DNA from: Candidatus Methanomethylicia archaeon
GTDB lineage: Archaea; Thermoproteota; Methanomethylicia; Culexarchaeales; Culexarchaeaceae
NCBI GenBank assembly: GCA_038727515.1
Contig: JAVYVS010000002.1
Location: 160,001-224,000, forward strand
Length of the DNA stretch: 64,000 nt
Direction of reading: 5' to 3'
The notes beneath the pieces were generated by a model. That model was not told the DNA's origin and ran no database searches. It saw only the letters and a list, made by a program, of their open reading frames with translations. A program made the translations under genes and the position numbers. Shown in pieces: positions 41,078-51,065 of this stretch (positions are counted from its first letter, which is position 1; each line of letters begins with the position of its first letter).

Positions 41078-41932
41078 ATGGGTGTTGATAAGGTTAGAAT
41101 TGCAATTGTTAAGTATGGTTGTATAGGGAGTTCACCATTGCTAGAGATTATGCTTGATGAAAGGGCTAATAGAGAGGATATAATTGTAAGAGTGTTTTCC
41201 ACTGCTGGTAAAATGGAGGTTGAAGATTGTTTATCTATAAGTGATTATGTAGTGTCTTTTAATCCACATTTAATAGTAAATGTAACTCCAAATGCTTCTT
41301 TGGAAGGTCCCACTAAAGGTAGGATGGATTTAAAGGAGAAACTTCCTAAGACACCTATAATTGTAATTTCCGATGATCCTGCACGTAAAGTTATTAAGGA
41401 TATGGAGGATGCAGGTTTTGGATATATTATTGTTAGAGCTGATCCTATGATTGGTGCTAGAAGAGATTTTCTAGATTCCACTGAAATGGCTTTATTTAAT
41501 GGATATCTACTTGTGATTTTATCTGCTACTGGTGTTGTTAGAATGCTTGTATCTGAAATCGATAAAGTTATTGAAGCTATTAAATCTGGTGTTGAAGTTA
41601 AACTTCCAAGGATTGTGGGTGATGCTCTTTTCGTTGTTGAGAATTATGGTGGATTTAAGAATCCTTATGCTAAAGCTAAAGCTATAGCTAGTTATGAAGC
41701 TGCAGCTAGAGTTGCAGCTCTATCTACTGCTGGATGTTATACCTTGAAGGAGAGGGAACAATATATTCCAATGGTTGCAGCTGCCCATGAACTTTTGAGG
41801 TATGCTGCTTTACTTGCTGATGAAGCTAGAGAGATAGAGAAGTATGGTGATAGTGTTTATCGTACTCCACATTTATCGAGTGGTGAAGTTAGATTTAAAT
41901 TTAAGTTGATGGAAGAAGCTAAAAAAGGTTAA
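41078..41932 (+). CDS. mtd: F420-dependent methylene-H4MPT dehydrogenase
   Basis: LDERANREDI, DPMIGARRDFLDSTEMALFN, NPYAKAKA, AAAHEL, ADEAREIEK, RTPH. Confidence 0.92.
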   Translation: MGVDKVRIAIVKYGCIGSSPLLEIMLDERANREDIIVRVFSTAGKMEVEDCLSISDYVVSFNPHLIVNVTPNASLEGPTKGRMDLKEKLPKTPIIVISDDPARKVIKDMEDAGFGYIIVRADPMIGARRDFLDSTEMALFNGYLLVILSATGVVRMLVSEIDKVIEAIKSGVEVKLPRIVGDALFVVENYGGFKNPYAKAKAIASYEAAARVAALSTAGCYTLKEREQYIPMVAAAHELLRYAALLADEAREIEKYGDSVYRTPHLSSGEVRFKFKLMEEAKKG

Positions 41933-42006
41933 GCAATAACTTTTTATCTATATACATCACTTTTTTTACTTAAATATCTATTTTCAATGTAATTGGAGGT
42001 GTATTT

Positions 42007-43713
42007 GTGGGTAAATGGGTTGTATGTGCAGCTTGGCCTTATGTTAATGCTTTCCCTCATCTTGGAACTATGGTTGCATGTATAATTTCACCAGATGTAT
42101 TTGCAAGATATCTTAGGGCTAAGGGTGAAGAAATTGTGTTTGTTAGTGGATCTGATGAACATGGAACCCCCATTGAAGTTGAAGCTAGGAAGATGAATAT
42201 TCCACCTAAAAAGCTTACTGATGAACTTCACAATTATGTATTAAAGTTATATGAAAAATTGGGTGTTAGCTATGATAATTATACTAGAACTGAGAATCCT
42301 ATACATATAGATTTTGTTCAGAAGTTTTTCATGAAATTATATGAAAATGGATACATATACGAGAAGGAGGTTTCACTACCATTTTGCCCTAATTGCAATA
42401 TCTTCTTACCAGATAGATTTATTGAAGGTACATGTCCATATTGTGGTGAAACTAGAGCTAGAGGAGATCAATGTCCATCATGCAATAGGATTTTAGACCC
42501 AGTGGATCTACTGGAACCACACTGTGTCTTTTGTGGTTCTAAACCTGAAGTTAAAGTGACTAAACATTGGTTTTTTGATCTCCCTAAACTCTCAGATAAA
42601 CTTATGAATTTCGTTAATAATCATAAATTGTTTTCTGAGAGTATTAAGAATTATTGTAAGATGTGGTTTAAGGAGGGGTTGAAGGCTAGATCTATAACTA
42701 GGGATAACTCTTGGGGTATACCAGCACCCTTCCCAGGAGCTTCTGGAAAGACTATATATGTGTGGTTTGAAGCTTTATTGGGTTATCTCTCAGCAACTAA
42801 AGAGTATTTTATTAAGAAGGGATTTGAAGATTTATGGCTTGAATACTGGCTTAATAAAGATTCAAAGACTGTATACTTCATTGGTAAAGATAATATACCA
42901 TTTCATGCGATAATACTGCCAGCAATGCTCATGGCTTCTGGAGAAGGATATGTTCTTCCTTGGCAGATATCTTCAGTTGAATTTCTAATGTTTGAAGGTC
43001 AAGCTTTTAGTAAGAGTAGGGGTATAGGTGTTTGGATTGATGAAGCTTTAGAAATTGCCCCAGCAGATTATTGGAGGTTTGCATTAATACTAATGAGACC
43101 TGAAACTAGAGATTTAAATTTCACATGGGAATCTTTCCATCGTATCGTTAATGCTGAAATCAATGATAACCTTGGAAACTTTGTTCATAGAACTTTAAGC
43201 TTCATATACTCTAGATTTGATGCTAAGATTCCTAAACCATATGAACTTGATGATAGGGATAGATCAATGTTATATAAACTTAAGTTTGCACCTAAAAATA
43301 TTGGTGCTTTAATTGAAGATCTTAAGTTAAAGGCTGCTGCTGAATCTCTACTTGAATTCTCCTCCTCCGGTAATCAATATTTAAATGATAAAGCCCCTTG
43401 GAGAACTATTAAAGAAGATTTTGAAGTTGCATCTACAACTATGTGGGTTGCAGCTAATGTCGTTAAATCCTTAGCTATATTGATGGCACCCTTCATGCCA
43501 TTTTCCGCTGATAAAGTTTGGTATTATCTCAATTTAGGGGGCTCAGTTCACGAAGTTTGTTGGGATGATGCTTCAAAAGCAGATTTACAATATGGACATA
43601 GGATCAATAAGCCTGAGCCTTTATTTACAAAGTTTCCTGATGATTTTGTTAAAACTATAAATGATAGGTTGAAGGATGTGAGAATGCGTTTGAAAAGACC
43701 GGAGTTAGCTTGA
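42007..43713 (+). CDS. metG: Methionine--tRNA ligase
   Basis: AWPYVN..PHLG, GSDEHGTP, Zn knuckles, YVWFEA, GKDNIPFH, FSKS. Confidence 0.96.
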   Translation: MGKWVVCAAWPYVNAFPHLGTMVACIISPDVFARYLRAKGEEIVFVSGSDEHGTPIEVEARKMNIPPKKLTDELHNYVLKLYEKLGVSYDNYTRTENPIHIDFVQKFFMKLYENGYIYEKEVSLPFCPNCNIFLPDRFIEGTCPYCGETRARGDQCPSCNRILDPVDLLEPHCVFCGSKPEVKVTKHWFFDLPKLSDKLMNFVNNHKLFSESIKNYCKMWFKEGLKARSITRDNSWGIPAPFPGASGKTIYVWFEALLGYLSATKEYFIKKGFEDLWLEYWLNKDSKTVYFIGKDNIPFHAIILPAMLMASGEGYVLPWQISSVEFLMFEGQAFSKSRGIGVWIDEALEIAPADYWRFALILMRPETRDLNFTWESFHRIVNAEINDNLGNFVHRTLSFIYSRFDAKIPKPYELDDRDRSMLYKLKFAPKNIGALIEDLKLKAAAESLLEFSSSGNQYLNDKAPWRTIKEDFEVASTTMWVAANVVKSLAILMAPFMPFSADKVWYYLNLGGSVHEVCWDDASKADLQYGHRINKPEPLFTKFPDDFVKTINDRLKDVRMRLKRPELA

Positions 43714-43727
43714 TTTGAGGTGGGAAT

Positions 43728-44845
43728 TTGGAGTTACATGGTTTATTGAGGGATAAATCTTTGGCTCTTAGAGTTGCTAAGTACATTGATGAACGATGTT
43801 TTAAGAGTAGATATTTAATTATGCATGTTTGCGGCACACAGCCTTTTAAGGCTGGCCGATACATGAATATACAATAACGCATTTTGGAATACGCAACTTA
43901 ATACCAAAGATCGATTTAAGAGCTGGACCTGGATGTCCTGTTTGTGTCGCTTCACCAGTAAATATTGATTTAGCAGTTAATCTATCTCTACATGAAAATG
44001 TTATTGTCACAACTTTTGGCGATATGTTTAGAGTTAGAGGCTCTAAATATTCTCTGATGGATGCTAAGAGTATGGGTGGTAGAGTTACCATTGTTTATAG
44101 TATAAATGATGCTATTGAAATTGCTAGGAAAAATCCTAATTTTGAAATTGTTCATTTCGCTATTGGTTTTGAGACTACAGCTCCCTCCACAGCCGCTATT
44201 CTTTTATCTAATCCTCCAAGAAATTTCTCTATAATACCTACACATTTATTGATACCTCCAGTTATGTCTTATCTACTCAATCTTGGTGAAATTGGTATTG
44301 ATGGTTTTATATGTCCAGGTCATGTTTCAACTATTATTGGTGTTAAACCATATTTAGAGATTTCAATTTCCAATAAGGTTCCAATGGTTATAGCTGGATT
44401 TGAACCTTTAGATGTTCTATTTGGAGTCGCAATGCTTATCGATATGATTAATAATGGTGAATTTACTGTTAAGAATGAGTATAGTCGTGCAGTTAAATTT
44501 GAAGGTAATGTTAAAGCTATTCAATTGATGAATGAAGTATTTAGGGTTTCTGATGCTTATTGGCGTGGTATTGGTTTAGTTCCCAATTCTGGTTTAGTTC
44601 TTAGAGAAGAATTTTCAGATTTTGATGCTGTGAAGAAGTTTGATATTGAAGTTGAAGAAGATTATAGTATGCCTAAAGGTTGTAGGTGTGGTGATGTACT
44701 TAGGGGTTTAATTATGCCTCATGAATGCCCCTTATTCTCAAAATCATGTACTCCAGATAATCCTATAGGTCCATGTATGGTTTCTTCTGAAGGTGCATGC
44801 TCTATATTGTATAAGTATGGTGGATACATGTATTTAAAACGTTAA
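43728..44845 (+). CDS. hypD: Hydrogenase maturation protein HypD, split by a 23-nt putative intron (exon 1 43728-43837, exon 2 43861-44845; 364 aa spliced)
   Basis: GAGGTG RBS plus TTG; spliced MHVCGTHE...GPGCPVCV...GFETT...PGHVS...GFEP...CRCGDVLRG...CPLF...GPCMVSSEGAC. Confidence 0.92.
43838..43860 (+). other. Putative archaeal BHB-type mRNA intron in hypD
   Basis: CGGC-ACA-CAGCCT-ttta-AGGCTG-GCCG-ATA: 4-bp helix flanked by two 3-nt bulges; cutting after the second bulge nucleotide restores GGC ACA CAT GAA (G-T-H-E) in frame. Confidence 0.87.
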
Positions 44846-44977
44846 TTTACTTTATTATCAAGTTAATTTAAATGTATAAAATATCCAAAACATTTATATT
44901 TAACTCAATGCAATCTACTATAATCTTTAGTTTAACTATTTAATTATGGTGTTTAGATATGGAGGTCGATATGTGAA

Positions 44978-46849
44978 ATGGGTTTAAGATCTCCCAGTAG
45001 TCCTCCTCATATTGGTCAGAGTTCATCTTCAAAACCATCAGATAAATATGTTAGTATTAAGACATTTGTTAGATTGTTTCCATATATTAAGCGTAATTGG
45101 AAGCCATTTTTAATATCTGTTGTGGCAATGTTTATTAGTTCTCAATTAACCACTATTGCTCCAACATATATGAGGAGTGCTATTGATAATGGTATTGTTA
45201 AAGGTGATTTTCAAATCGTTGTTTTCTATGTTTTATTAATAGTTTCTGTAACTCTCTTAAGTGGTTTAAGTAGTTTTTGTGAAAGATATTATAGTACTAT
45301 TTTCTCTCAAAAAGTTGCATTAAACTTTAGGAATGAAGTTTTTAAAGCTATTCAGAGGCAGTCTTTCTCATTTTTTGATGAAGTGCCCACAGGCCAACTT
45401 GTAGCTAGAATTACTGATGATGTTGAGAGAATTGGTAGATTCTTATCATTTCCATTTAGAAATCTTATTTCAACAATTTTCTTGGCTTCATTAGCTATTA
45501 GCTATATGTGGGGTATGAATCAGAAGCTTTCCATTATAGTTGGGGTTTTCATGATTGGGATTCTTCTTGTAAGCATATACTACAATATGATTGTTAGACC
45601 ATTAAATATGGAGGCTAGAAATCAATTGGGTATACTTACTTCAATAACTGATAATAATATAACTGGATTTAGAACTATTAAGTCACTAAGTGTTGAGGAG
45701 AATAGGATTAAAGCATTTGTGGATGAGAATAATAAGTTATGGTCGCTTTACGTTCGTATAGCCAGAATAGATGCATTTTACGGTAGAATCGGGCCACTCC
45801 TGCTAGTTACATCTAACATAATAATACTGTACATTGGTGGTTTAGAGATAATTAATGGTGCATTTACCGTTGGTGGATTAGCTGCATTTAATGCATATAC
45901 CATGCTATTGATGAGACCTGTCAGTTTTATAGGAAATTTTGTTGGTATGTTTTCAATAGCTATGACATCTGCAAAAAGGTTGTTTGATATTATGGATTTA
46001 GTTCCTGAGGTTTATGAGAAACCTGATGCCATTGAGCTTCCACCAATTAAGGGTGAGGTAACTTTTGAAAATGTATGGTTTAGTTATGTTAAAGGTAAAC
46101 CAGTTTTGAAGGGTGTTAATTTAAAGGTTAAACCTGGAGAGAAGATTGCTTTGATAGGTAGAACTGGTTCTGGTAAAAGTACATTGATAAGTTTAATCCC
46201 AAGATTTTATGATGTTGATTCTGGATCTGTAAAGATTGATGGTTATGATGTTAGAGATGTTAAATTGAAATCATTGAGGAGGCAAGTGGCTATAGTTTCA
46301 CAAGAGCCATTCCTTTTCGCAGGAACATTTAAAGATAATATTTCTCTACCAAAACCTGAAGCTTCTATGGATGAAATTATTAGTGCCTCTAAGATAGCTA
46401 AAATACATGACTTTATAGCTTCATTACCAAATGGCTATAATTCTTGGATTGGTGAAAGGGGGATAACTCTCTCTGGAGGTCAAAAACAGAGGCTTACCAT
46501 TGCAAGAGCTTTAGTGTCTGGTGCAAAGATAATAATACTGGATGATCCAACTTCAAATTTAGATGCTAAAACTGAAAGGGAATTTATTGATGATCTTAAA
46601 GTAATCCTCAAAGATCATACAGTGTTTATAGTTACTCAGAGATTACCATTGATAATGATGGCTGATAGAATAGCAGTATTAGATGATGGTAGAGTGGTGG
46701 AAGAGGGTACTCATGAAGAACTTATGGCAAAGCGTGGATTGTATTATAATATTTACGTTGAGCTTTATGCTAAACAAAGGGCTGAATTAGAAGCTTTGAA
46801 AGCTGAAGTTGAGGCTGTGGGTAATTCTGGTAAGGATGGTGGTAAATAA
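44978..46849 (+). CDS. Heterodimeric ABC exporter subunit (TMD-NBD, degenerate site)
   Basis: GRTGSGKS, LSGGQKQR, LDD for Walker B and TQR for the H-switch. Confidence 0.92.
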   Translation: MGLRSPSSPPHIGQSSSSKPSDKYVSIKTFVRLFPYIKRNWKPFLISVVAMFISSQLTTIAPTYMRSAIDNGIVKGDFQIVVFYVLLIVSVTLLSGLSSFCERYYSTIFSQKVALNFRNEVFKAIQRQSFSFFDEVPTGQLVARITDDVERIGRFLSFPFRNLISTIFLASLAISYMWGMNQKLSIIVGVFMIGILLVSIYYNMIVRPLNMEARNQLGILTSITDNNITGFRTIKSLSVEENRIKAFVDENNKLWSLYVRIARIDAFYGRIGPLLLVTSNIIILYIGGLEIINGAFTVGGLAAFNAYTMLLMRPVSFIGNFVGMFSIAMTSAKRLFDIMDLVPEVYEKPDAIELPPIKGEVTFENVWFSYVKGKPVLKGVNLKVKPGEKIALIGRTGSGKSTLISLIPRFYDVDSGSVKIDGYDVRDVKLKSLRRQVAIVSQEPFLFAGTFKDNISLPKPEASMDEIISASKIAKIHDFIASLPNGYNSWIGERGITLSGGQKQRLTIARALVSGAKIIILDDPTSNLDAKTEREFIDDLKVILKDHTVFIVTQRLPLIMMADRIAVLDDGRVVEEGTHEELMAKRGLYYNIYVELYAKQRAELEALKAEVEAVGNSGKDGGK

Positions 46850-48678
46850 TGGGTTTTCATATGCATGGTATGTGGAGTTTTGGTGGAGAAAAAGTTGAGA
46901 CGCCTGCCACAATATTATTAAGAAAGCTTTTTAGGTATATGATGCCATATAAGCTTGCAGTATTTACTATTGTAACTTGTGTTGCTATAGTTTCTTTAAC
47001 CAATACGATTTCTCCATATTTACTTGGTTTAGCTATAGACAATTATATACTTGTGGGAGATCTATCTGGGCTTCTAAACATTTCTCTCTTATACCTCTTA
47101 GTAATGTTTGTGAATTGGATTGCAACGGTTATTCAAGGTTATGCTGTGGAGTGGACTGGTCAAAGATTGATTTATGATTTTAGGAATAAAATGATGGAGA
47201 AACTTATGTTTCAATCATACAAGTATTATGATGATAAACGTGCAGGTGAACTTATATCAATAGTTATAAATGATACTTCAACTTTAAGAGAATCCTTTAT
47301 TTCAGGTATATTCAACATTATTGGTGATATATTCTCAATGGTTGGTGTCATAATTGCCATGTTTCTATTAAATGTACCATTAACCCTTATAACTCTATTA
47401 ACACTTCCAGTAATGTTTCTAATAGCATATGTTTTTAACCGTAAGTTTAGAAAGGCTTATCGTAGGACTAGGGAGAAGATTGCTGAAGTAACCACTAGGG
47501 TTCAGGAAAGTGTTTCTGGGATTAGGGTTATACAGGCTTTTGGTAGGGAAGAGGATTCTCAAGCTAGATTTCAAATGAGCGCCCACGAGCAATTTGAAGC
47601 TCAAGTTCAAGCTGGAAAGCTTATGGCTATATTTTGGCCTATAATAAACTTTGTTGGTTCTATAGGTACAGTAACAGTTTTGCTTTATGGTGGATTTTTA
47701 AGTGCTGAAGGTAGACTTGAAATTGGTGTTTTAGTTGCTTTTCTTGCATATGTTACTAGGTTTATGAATCCAATAATGCAATTAACGAACTTCTATGATA
47801 TGTTGCAATCTGCACTTGCCGCTTCAGATAGGATATTCAAAGTTTTAGAGAGTGAAGTCGATGTTAAAGATTCTCCAAATGCTATTGAACTCCCAAAGGT
47901 TAGGGGTGATATAAGGTATAATAATGTTTGGTTTGAATATGTTAAGGGTATACCAGTTTTAAAGGGTATTAATCTTCATATAAGACCTGGAGAAAAGATC
48001 GCTATAGTTGGACCTACAGGTTCTGGTAAAACAACATTGGTTTATCTTCTTGCAAGATTCTATGATGTTACTAGTGGATCCATAACTATAGATGGTTATG
48101 ATATACGTAATGTTAAACAAGATTCTCTTAGACGTCAAATAGCATTTGTACCTCAAGATACATTTTTATTCCGTGGTACTGTAATGGATAACATTAGAAT
48201 TGGTAAACCTAATGCTACTGATGATGAAGTTATTGAAGTTTGTAAAAGACTTGGAATACATGATTTCATAATGAGACTCCCAAATGGATATTATACCGAT
48301 GCCGGTGAAGCCGGTAGAAAACTTTCAACTGGTGAGAGACAACTATTATCCTTTGCTAGAGCTTTACTTAAAGACCCGCCAATACTAATTTTAGATGAAG
48401 CTATTAGTGCTGTTGATCCTAAAACTGAATATATGATTAAATACGCCATAAGGAAATTGCTTGAAAATAGGACTTCAATAATTATTGCACATAGACTTAC
48501 ATTAGCAAGAGATTGGGATAGGATAATAGTATTACATAATGGAGTTATTGAAGAAGAAGGTACTCATGAAGAATTAATGCTTAAACAAGGATTCTACTAT
48601 CAATTATATACAACTCAGATTAGTGAGGAAATTGGTATAGAAGTTATTGGTAAAAATAATTCGAATTCTAAAAGTTAA
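46849..48678 (+). CDS. Heterodimeric ABC exporter subunit (TMD-NBD)
   Basis: GPTGSGKT, LSTGERQ, LDEA, IAHRL; stop/start overlap with partner. Confidence 0.92.
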   Translation: MGFHMHGMWSFGGEKVETPATILLRKLFRYMMPYKLAVFTIVTCVAIVSLTNTISPYLLGLAIDNYILVGDLSGLLNISLLYLLVMFVNWIATVIQGYAVEWTGQRLIYDFRNKMMEKLMFQSYKYYDDKRAGELISIVINDTSTLRESFISGIFNIIGDIFSMVGVIIAMFLLNVPLTLITLLTLPVMFLIAYVFNRKFRKAYRRTREKIAEVTTRVQESVSGIRVIQAFGREEDSQARFQMSAHEQFEAQVQAGKLMAIFWPIINFVGSIGTVTVLLYGGFLSAEGRLEIGVLVAFLAYVTRFMNPIMQLTNFYDMLQSALAASDRIFKVLESEVDVKDSPNAIELPKVRGDIRYNNVWFEYVKGIPVLKGINLHIRPGEKIAIVGPTGSGKTTLVYLLARFYDVTSGSITIDGYDIRNVKQDSLRRQIAFVPQDTFLFRGTVMDNIRIGKPNATDDEVIEVCKRLGIHDFIMRLPNGYYTDAGEAGRKLSTGERQLLSFARALLKDPPILILDEAISAVDPKTEYMIKYAIRKLLENRTSIIIAHRLTLARDWDRIIVLHNGVIEEEGTHEELMLKQGFYYQLYTTQISEEIGIEVIGKNNSNSKS

Positions 48679-48731
48679 TTTACACTAAAAATAAATTTTA
48701 GTTTTCTTATATAATCACTTAGGGTGATTAT

Positions 48732-49274
48732 ATGTCTTGGCGTAAACGTTGGGAAGATCCTTTTGATAAATGGTTTAAAGAATTTTTTGAGGAAATTAGT
48801 AAACGTTTCTCTATACCTACTCCAGATGAATTGTTTGAAGAAATTGAGAAGGAATTTGAAAATCTAGATAAACGTGGTGTTAAAGGCCCATTTATATATG
48901 GCTTTTCCATGAAGATTGGACCTGATGGTAAACCTATCATAAGAGAATTTGGGAATGTTAAGAAGCTTTATGGTAGACCAACCATTGAAGAAGAGAGAGA
49001 ACCTTTATCGGATGTCTATGAAGATGAAAATACAGTTACAATCATAGTTGAAATGCCAGGTGTAAATAAGGATGATATTAAAGTTAAAATTGATGGTAGT
49101 AGAGTTATTGTTAGTGCACAAACTGGTGATAGAAAGTATTATAAGGAGATAACGTTACCTTCAAGAGTTAAAAAGGAGAGTGCTAAAGCAAGTTATAAGA
49201 ATGGTATTCTAGAACTTAAATTGGAGAAAGAAAAGGGTAGAAGAGAAGAAGGATATGAAATAAAGATTGAATAA
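48732..49274 (+). CDS. hsp20: Archaeal small heat shock protein Hsp20
   Basis: GPFIYGFSMKIGPDGKPIIREFGNV, EREPL, AKASYKNGILE. Confidence 0.93.
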   Translation: MSWRKRWEDPFDKWFKEFFEEISKRFSIPTPDELFEEIEKEFENLDKRGVKGPFIYGFSMKIGPDGKPIIREFGNVKKLYGRPTIEEEREPLSDVYEDENTVTIIVEMPGVNKDDIKVKIDGSRVIVSAQTGDRKYYKEITLPSRVKKESAKASYKNGILELKLEKEKGRREEGYEIKIE

Positions 49275-49283
49275 ATTTTTACA

Positions 49284-49706
49284 TTATATAACTCTTAAAG
49301 ATTCTGAAAGTGGATGTCCTTTACAGTGTAATATAAATTCCTTATAGTATCCGAAGGGTGATTGTTTAACTTTTAAACCTTTTTCACTGAGGATTGTAGT
49401 AATTATCCTCAAAATTTTAATAGTGGTTTCTAATCCTCCAAGTTTATTTGATAAATGTGCATATGGATATATTATCACGCTTTTTACTCCAATTCTGGAT
49501 GAAACTTCAATTATTGATTCAACGGCTTTCATACATTTCTCTTCAAAATTTTCTTCATCATCCGCTTCAACACATGTAAATGCTACAAGTACATTTTCAA
49601 ATTCACCTTCAGAATTTTCACTGGTTATTTCATCTCTAATGGGTATTCTAACTGGTTTAGTAACCTTCCACCAAAATTTTTCTGCATGTATTAATAGAAT
49701 CCTCAT
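49284..49706 (-). CDS. Free-standing archaeal threonyl-tRNA synthetase editing domain
   Basis: MRILLIHA, YPYAHLS, PFGYYKEF, CKGHPLSE. Confidence 0.9.
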   Translation of the reverse strand: MRILLIHAEKFWWKVTKPVRIPIRDEITSENSEGEFENVLVAFTCVEADDEENFEEKCMKAVESIIEVSSRIGVKSVIIYPYAHLSNKLGGLETTIKILRIITTILSEKGLKVKQSPFGYYKEFILHCKGHPLSESLRVI

Positions 49707-49750
49707 ATCCCATCATATTCTTTATCTATAAGTAATAATATAAGAATGAT

Positions 49751-50557
49751 TTGCTGATTATTATGCGTGTAGCTTCAGTTCAATTTAATGCATCTAAATC
49801 TAAGGATGAAAATTTAAAGAAGATCTTGAAATACATTGAGTATGCATCTAAATTGGGTATTGAACTTATAGTTTTCCCAGAGTATTCAATGTTCTTCCCG
49901 ATAAGTTATGAATCACGTAAATTTGCAGAATCTATTGATGGAAAATTTATAAATGAAATTAAATGTTATGCTAAAAATTTTGGTATTAATGTAGTTGTAA
50001 ATATCTCTGAAGTTTCCAATAAACCTAATGACGACAGAGTTTATGATACTTCAGTCTTTTTATCACGTGATGGTGAGATACTTTCAATTTATCGTAAAAC
50101 ACATTTATTTGATGCATTTAACATTAGGGAATCAGACCATATAATCCCTGGAGATTATCTTGTTAAACCGATCCCATTAGGTGAATTTAATGTTGGATTA
50201 CTTGTATGCTATGATTTACGTTTTCCAGAAGCCGCTAGAACATTGTCTTTAAATGGATGTACATTGATATGTGTTTCTTCAGCATGGTATAGTGGCGTTA
50301 TGAAGGAAATACACTTATTAACGATGATTTTAGCTAGAGCTATTGAAAATGGGGTATTCATTGTAATGGCCAATCAAACTCAACCTAGATTTTGTGGTAG
50401 AAGTTGTATTGTGGACCCCTATGGTGTAATTATGGCTGATGCTGGTGAACGTGAATGCATCATCTATACTGATATAAGTATTGATAGACTGAAGGAAGTT
50501 AGAAATAATCTACCATTATTATCTCAAAGAAGGCCTGAACTCTACAAAATAATTTAA
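49751..50557 (+). CDS. Carbon-nitrogen hydrolase (Nit/nitrilase family)
   Basis: FPEY, YRKTHLFD, CYDLRFPE catalytic triad, ARAIEN. Confidence 0.9.
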   Translation: MLIIMRVASVQFNASKSKDENLKKILKYIEYASKLGIELIVFPEYSMFFPISYESRKFAESIDGKFINEIKCYAKNFGINVVVNISEVSNKPNDDRVYDTSVFLSRDGEILSIYRKTHLFDAFNIRESDHIIPGDYLVKPIPLGEFNVGLLVCYDLRFPEAARTLSLNGCTLICVSSAWYSGVMKEIHLLTMILARAIENGVFIVMANQTQPRFCGRSCIVDPYGVIMADAGERECIIYTDISIDRLKEVRNNLPLLSQRRPELYKII

Positions 50558-50560
50558 AAT

Positions 50561-51016
50561 TTATTGTTTTGAAAATACTTCACTTAATATCTTCTTAAGC
50601 CATTCTGCATCAATCTCATCAAAACTATTCAATTCATCACTATCTACATCAAATATAGCTATTATATCACCCTTTGAATTGAAAACTGGTAGTGATATTT
50701 CTGATTTCGATCTTGGATCGCATACTATATGTCCTGGAAACTTATCTACATCTGGAACTATTATTGCTTCTCTACGTTTATATGCAGTACCGCAAACTCC
50801 CGTGTATGCTATTCTTGCACAAGCTGGTGGACCTCTAGAAGGTCCAAGTTCTAGATATTCTTCCTTTGGAAAGTAAAATCCAACCCAAAAATAGTATGGA
50901 ATATTTCTCTTTAAAACTTCACATACAACTTCCATTTTCTCCTTTAAGCTCTCTTTATATTTCACTTTCTCCTTTATTTCTTCATAACATTTACTGTATA
51001 GTTCTCTTTTATTCAT
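50561..51016 (-). CDS. msrC: GAF-domain free methionine-R-sulfoxide reductase-like protein
   Basis: WVGFY, GPPAC, GVCG, DVDKFPGHIVCD..SKSEI, DVDS. Confidence 0.8.
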   Translation of the reverse strand: MNKRELYSKCYEEIKEKVKYKESLKEKMEVVCEVLKRNIPYYFWVGFYFPKEEYLELGPSRGPPACARIAYTGVCGTAYKRREAIIVPDVDKFPGHIVCDPRSKSEISLPVFNSKGDIIAIFDVDSDELNSFDEIDAEWLKKILSEVFSKQ

Positions 51017-51065
51017 AGGTATATCACTAAATAACTTTATAGAAGCAAATTGTTCATAAGTTTTT

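Noticed and set aside
43841-43850. Programmed frameshift at CCTTTTAAG in hypD
   Set aside because: A frameshift would leave 7-8 extra residues inside the CGTH motif; splicing explains the sequence exactly
43728-44845. hypD as a frameshifted pseudogene, or a gene starting at 44024 as in the ORF track
   Set aside because: The disruption is one 23-nt insert forming a BHB whose canonical removal restores the conserved motif; both exons are otherwise intact
45771-45810. Locally GC-rich patches in the ABC genes (also near 47575 and 48295) as further introns
   Set aside because: No BHB geometry found and the proteins show no insertion or frame break
44978-48678. Degenerate Walker B/H-switch and signature motifs as signs of decay
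   Set aside because: Expected asymmetry of heterodimeric ABC exporters
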